From a bacterium (GTDB lineage Bacteria > UBA8248), in contig CBDATS010000004.1 of the NCBI GenBank assembly GCA_965200245.1, positions 1,408,001 through 1,472,000 of the forward strand: a DNA stretch of 64,000 nucleotides. The letters run 5' to 3'. Below are positions 60,210 to 64,000 of the stretch, piece by piece (the stretch's first letter is position 1; each line of letters starts with the position of its first letter). The notes under the pieces were generated by a model that saw only the letters and a program-made list of their open reading frames with translations, had not been told where the DNA came from and made no database searches. Made by a program: the position numbers and the translations under genes.

Positions 60210-60501
60210 GTTCCACACCTCCCTCCTGGCATCGTATTTCCGGAATTTTCCATATTCAACAGGTAGAACCTGTCACCTCTACAACGATGTTCAGAGTAAT
60301 TTTCCTTCCCTGTTCCTTGTTTTTCCCGTCAGCTCTTTCTTGGTTTGTGGAAAAACGTAACGCTCATGTTCCACACCTCCCTCCTGGCATCGTATTTCCG
60401 GAATTTTCCATATTCAACAGGTAGAACCTGTCACCTCTGCAACGATGTTCAGAGTAATTTTCCTTCCCTGTTCCTTGTTTTTCCCGTCAGCTCTTTCTTG
60501 G
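60186..60501. repeat. 158-bp tandem duplication (60186-60343 / 60344-60501)
   Basis: Two adjacent copies with one difference seen (ctctAcaac vs ctctGcaac). Confidence 0.95.
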
Positions 60502-61692
60502 AAAATTCCCGCTCTCCGGCGGATAGGTGAATAAATTGCTCCTGTGTCCTTCCAGTCCGGACGTTTCCCACGAGGGTGTTCCCCGGGGGGCAGGCATTTC
60601 GCCTTGTGCTACGCTCTGTTGCAGTCTTTGCCATTCGTTCTGGAGGTCCCTGGAATGTCCCCTGAAGTGCGGCATCACGTAACGCGCAAACAACTCAAGG
60701 GAGTCTCTTGTTTTCCGGTCGCCAACCCATTCATGTGTCGTGAGCATCAGGCCGCCGAAACCACCCGACTCCTCCTGCATTTTCTCTATCATCTCAATCG
60801 CATCATCCGGTGTGCCCACTATCCAGTTTCTTTGCACTGCAGCCGTTTTCGGCGTGATCTCCGAGCGTGGCTGATCGGGATAAGCCTCATAAGCCGGTTT
60901 CAAACCGATTTCCATAAAGTAATTCATGTCCCGCAGTGCGGATTTTTCGACGTCCGCCCAGGCTTTTTCGCGACTTTCGGCGAGATGCACGTACGTGGTG
61001 ATTCTCCAGTTTTCACGCGATACGCGTGTACCGTATTTTCGCGCACATTCCTCCATATAAGGCCACTGTTCGGAAAGCGAGAGATTCTCCATGATTTTCT
61101 TGCCGCCGGCAGAGAGCAGAATCATCTCGTATCGAGCAGCCATATCGATGGCTCCCTTGCTGCCCGCCGATGCGATGGCAAGAGGCATTCTGGGTTTTTG
61201 GTAGGAGCGGACCTGCAGGCACACATTTCTCAGTTTCCAGAAACGGCCCTCATAATCGAAAGGCTCGGACGATTCCAGCAGCTTGATGATGATATCCACC
61301 GACTCGTTTAGCATCGGGCGCAAGTCGCCGGGTGGAATGTCGAACAACTTGATGTCGCTTACCAGATTGCTCGGCCCTACCCCGAAAATGGCACGTCCCC
61401 TGGTTAGCTGGTCCAGAAACGCCATCCGCTCCGCCAAATGAAACGGATGATGGAAAGGAACGCTGATCACGGAAGTGCCCAGTCGGATTCGCTTCGCCTT
61501 GGCCGCTGCCATGGCAAGCGCCATCTCGGGTGCCGGAATCGTTTCCCAGCCTCCGGAATGATGTTCACCGATATAGAACTCATCAAAATCCAGATTGTCG
61601 ACATATTCGATGAGTGAAATGTCGCGTTCAAAGGCGAGTGATGGATTTTCTGAAGGGTGGTGAATCGGCATCATGAAAAAGGAAAATTTCAA
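60487..61692 (-). CDS. LLM-class flavin-dependent oxidoreductase (limonene monooxygenase-like)
   Basis: FMMP.H, IGEHHSGGWE, IRLGT.V, LDQLTRGR..FGVG and S.ELFARYVMP.F. Confidence 0.9.
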   Translation of the reverse strand: MKFSFFMMPIHHPSENPSLAFERDISLIEYVDNLDFDEFYIGEHHSGGWETIPAPEMALAMAAAKAKRIRLGTSVISVPFHHPFHLAERMAFLDQLTRGRAIFGVGPSNLVSDIKLFDIPPGDLRPMLNESVDIIIKLLESSEPFDYEGRFWKLRNVCLQVRSYQKPRMPLAIASAGSKGAIDMAARYEMILLSAGGKKIMENLSLSEQWPYMEECARKYGTRVSRENWRITTYVHLAESREKAWADVEKSALRDMNYFMEIGLKPAYEAYPDQPRSEITPKTAAVQRNWIVGTPDDAIEMIEKMQEESGGFGGLMLTTHEWVGDRKTRDSLELFARYVMPHFRGHSRDLQNEWQRLQQSVAQGEMPAPRGTPSWETSGLEGHRSNLFTYPPESGNFPRKS

Positions 61693-61887
61693 GGCGTGTT
61701 CCCCCCTTCTTGCAGTGTGAACAGGAAATTCCAGAATCCATCTTTGGATAATATCGTATTTCCGTATTTCCAGCATCCCAACACCAAAATTAAAATCCCT
61801 TCCTCTTGTCATGCCTGCTGAATTCCTCCATTATCCCCGCGCCTTGGGCGCAATCCCTGATGCTAGGAAACCTGATGCGAGGACAAT

Positions 61888-63693
61888 ATGGCCATCGTGA
61901 AACGAACCGACCTGAGAAATCTCGCCATCGTCGCTCATGTCGATCATGGCAAAACCACCCTCGTGGACGCCATGCTCTGGCAAAGCGGCATCTTCCGCGA
62001 AGAGCAGGATGTGGCGGAACGCGTACTTGATTCGATGGATCTCGAGCGGGAGAAGGGAATCACCATCATGGCGAAGAATTGCGCCATTGATTTCAACGGA
62101 ATTCGCTACAACATCGTCGATACGCCGGGACATGCGGATTTCGGTGGCGAGGTGGAACGCGTTCTCTCCATGGTGGATGGCGTGATGCTTTTGGTCGATG
62201 CTTCGGAAGGTCCTTTGCCGCAGACGCGGTTCGTCGTCAGCAAGGCACTGGAACAGGAACTCCCCTTTGTTGTCGTTATCAACAAAATCGACCGCTCCGA
62301 CGCAAGACCAGAGCAGGTTCTCGACGAAACCTACGATCTGTTCATCGACCTGGACGCCACAGAAATCCAACTGGATTTTCCCGTGCTCTACGCCATCGCA
62401 CGGGAGGGCAAAGCCGGCCTCGATCCCGATGACCTCGCTCCTACGCTGGAGCCCCTGTTCCACGCGCTCAAGTGCTCAATACCGCCCCCTCCGTATGATC
62501 CGGACAAACCACTTCAAATGCTCGTCTCTCGACTCGAATACGACAATTACGTGGGCCGCCTCTCCATCGGTCGAATATGGAACGGGCGACTCAGGGCTAG
62601 GACCCATGCTCTGGTTTTGGGGCATAACGGAAACCAGGAGAAAGGAGAGATTTCCTCCTTGTTCGGCTACGAGGGCTTGAGCCGCTACCAGATGGAACAG
62701 GCACTCGGAGGAGACATCGTGGCGGTAGCTGGTTTGGAGAACGTGGAAATCGGAGACACCATCGCGGACATGGATCATCCGGTCCCGCTTCCCGCCATCA
62801 CGGTGGATGAACCCACCATCGCCATGAACTTCAGGATCAACGATACGCCTCTGGCGGGACGCAGCGGAAAATACCTCACTTCGCGCCAGCTTCGGGAGAG
62901 ACTGCTGCGGGAGGCAAGAAATAACGTGGCCATCAGGATCGAAGAAACCGGTACCGCGGATACCCTGCGCGTATCCGGTCGCGGTTCCTTGCAACTCGCC
63001 GTGTTGATCGAGCAACTTAGGCGGGAGGAATACGAACTCACCGTCGGGCGCCCCGAGGTGATCATGCGCAAGGAAGACGGCAGGACCATGGAACCCATGG
63101 AAAACCTGGTGGTGGACGTTCCGGAAGAATTCATCGGGGCAGTCACGCAGGGTTTGGGGGCGCGCAAGGGGAAAGTGAACAGGATGATCAATCACGGTAA
63201 AGGGCGTGCGCGGCTCGATTTTTCCATCCCAAGTCGTGGCCTCATCGGGTATCGCAACGAATTCCTCACGCAGACCCGGGGAACGGGCATTCTCACCCAC
63301 ATTTTTGCCGGATGGAGTGAATGGGCAGGTGAGCTTCCGGGCAGATCGACGGGCGCATTGATATCGGACCGCGCAGGAAAAGTCACATCATACGCGGTGG
63401 AAAACATTCAGGAACGGGGGACTCTCTTCGTCGCGCCGGGAGAAGAGGTCTTTGCAGGTATGGTTATCGGCGAGAACAGCCGCGAACAGGACATGTTCGT
63501 GAATATCTCGAAGGAGAAGAAACTCACCAATATCCGGTCCGCCCACGCTGACATCTCCGCCCAACTTATCCCGCCAAGGCGATTCAGCCTGGAAGAAGCG
63601 CTCGAATTCCTGCGAGAGGGCGAATGCCTGGAAGTGACTCCTGAAATCTTCCGGTTGCGCAAGGAGAAACTAAAGGCGAGAAAACACGCTTAG
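61888..63693 (+). CDS. typA: Translational GTPase TypA/BipA
   Basis: [32 protein letters not shown] and KKLTNIR. Confidence 0.97.
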   Translation: MAIVKRTDLRNLAIVAHVDHGKTTLVDAMLWQSGIFREEQDVAERVLDSMDLEREKGITIMAKNCAIDFNGIRYNIVDTPGHADFGGEVERVLSMVDGVMLLVDASEGPLPQTRFVVSKALEQELPFVVVINKIDRSDARPEQVLDETYDLFIDLDATEIQLDFPVLYAIAREGKAGLDPDDLAPTLEPLFHALKCSIPPPPYDPDKPLQMLVSRLEYDNYVGRLSIGRIWNGRLRARTHALVLGHNGNQEKGEISSLFGYEGLSRYQMEQALGGDIVAVAGLENVEIGDTIADMDHPVPLPAITVDEPTIAMNFRINDTPLAGRSGKYLTSRQLRERLLREARNNVAIRIEETGTADTLRVSGRGSLQLAVLIEQLRREEYELTVGRPEVIMRKEDGRTMEPMENLVVDVPEEFIGAVTQGLGARKGKVNRMINHGKGRARLDFSIPSRGLIGYRNEFLTQTRGTGILTHIFAGWSEWAGELPGRSTGALISDRAGKVTSYAVENIQERGTLFVAPGEEVFAGMVIGENSREQDMFVNISKEKKLTNIRSAHADISAQLIPPRRFSLEEALEFLREGECLEVTPEIFRLRKEKLKARKHA

Positions 63694-63697
63694 CAAT

Positions 63698-64000
63698 CTA
63701 GCCATCCAGCGCCTTGTTCCATTCTTCAACCCTGCCCTTTTGTGCTTCGAGCAATTCGGAGGCGTCGCCTTCGATCTCGATACTCTCGATTCCGTCACCC
63801 TGTTCGATCGAATCCACCACATCCTGCCCGGTGGTGACCCGCCCGAAAACGGTATGTTTGCCATCAAGCCAGGCCGTAGGCACGTGCGTGATGAAAAATT
63901 GAGAACCATTCGTGCCCGGACCTGCGTTCGCCATCGAAAGGACACCCGGACCGTCATGGGGAAGATCGGAAGAGCACTCGTCTTCAAATTTATAGCCGGG
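63698..64000 (-). CDS. Cyclophilin-type peptidyl-prolyl isomerase, 5' part outside window
   Basis: [25 protein letters not shown] and LDGKHTVFG. Confidence 0.92.
   Translation of the reverse strand, partial: PGYKFEDECSSDLPHDGPGVLSMANAGPGTNGSQFFITHVPTAWLDGKHTVFGRVTTGQDVVDSIEQGDGIESIEIEGDASELLEAQKGRVEEWNKALDG

Noticed and set aside
1-64000. Genome-wide TAG-to-Gln recoding
   Set aside because: Intact genes end at TAG at expected lengths (1908, 4731, 7954, 13735, 34309, 63693).

Overview
A GC-rich bacterial chromosomal window, mostly catabolic and housekeeping genes: amidohydrolases, MetE-like, ftsH, LLM monooxygenases, pdxH, CoA-transferase, a NitT/TauT ABC transporter, M20 hydrolase, SulP, MFS, TauD, ggt, an XDH-family subunit, PAC2, typA and a cyclophilin. 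It contains a selenocysteine module (selA, hydrolase, selB, PLP lyase) and an un-called selenoprotein: an iodothyronine-deiodinase-like gene with an in-frame UGA and a SECIS-like hairpin (4078-4731). An orphan NHLP-leader RiPP precursor lies at 18847-19110. A decaying defence/mobile island of about 16 kb (34310-50950) starts at the 3' end of tauD, which is present three times. It holds broken HipBA, AbiE and HigBA systems, nested IS1111/IS3/IS1634 remnants and a type I-C CRISPR-Cas locus with a doubly inactivated cas8c and an array cut to one spacer by an IS3 end. A recurrent CCAG->CTAG change runs through the decayed DNA, including two in-frame amber codons in one otherwise clean gene. All family calls come from motif recognition by eye, not database searches.
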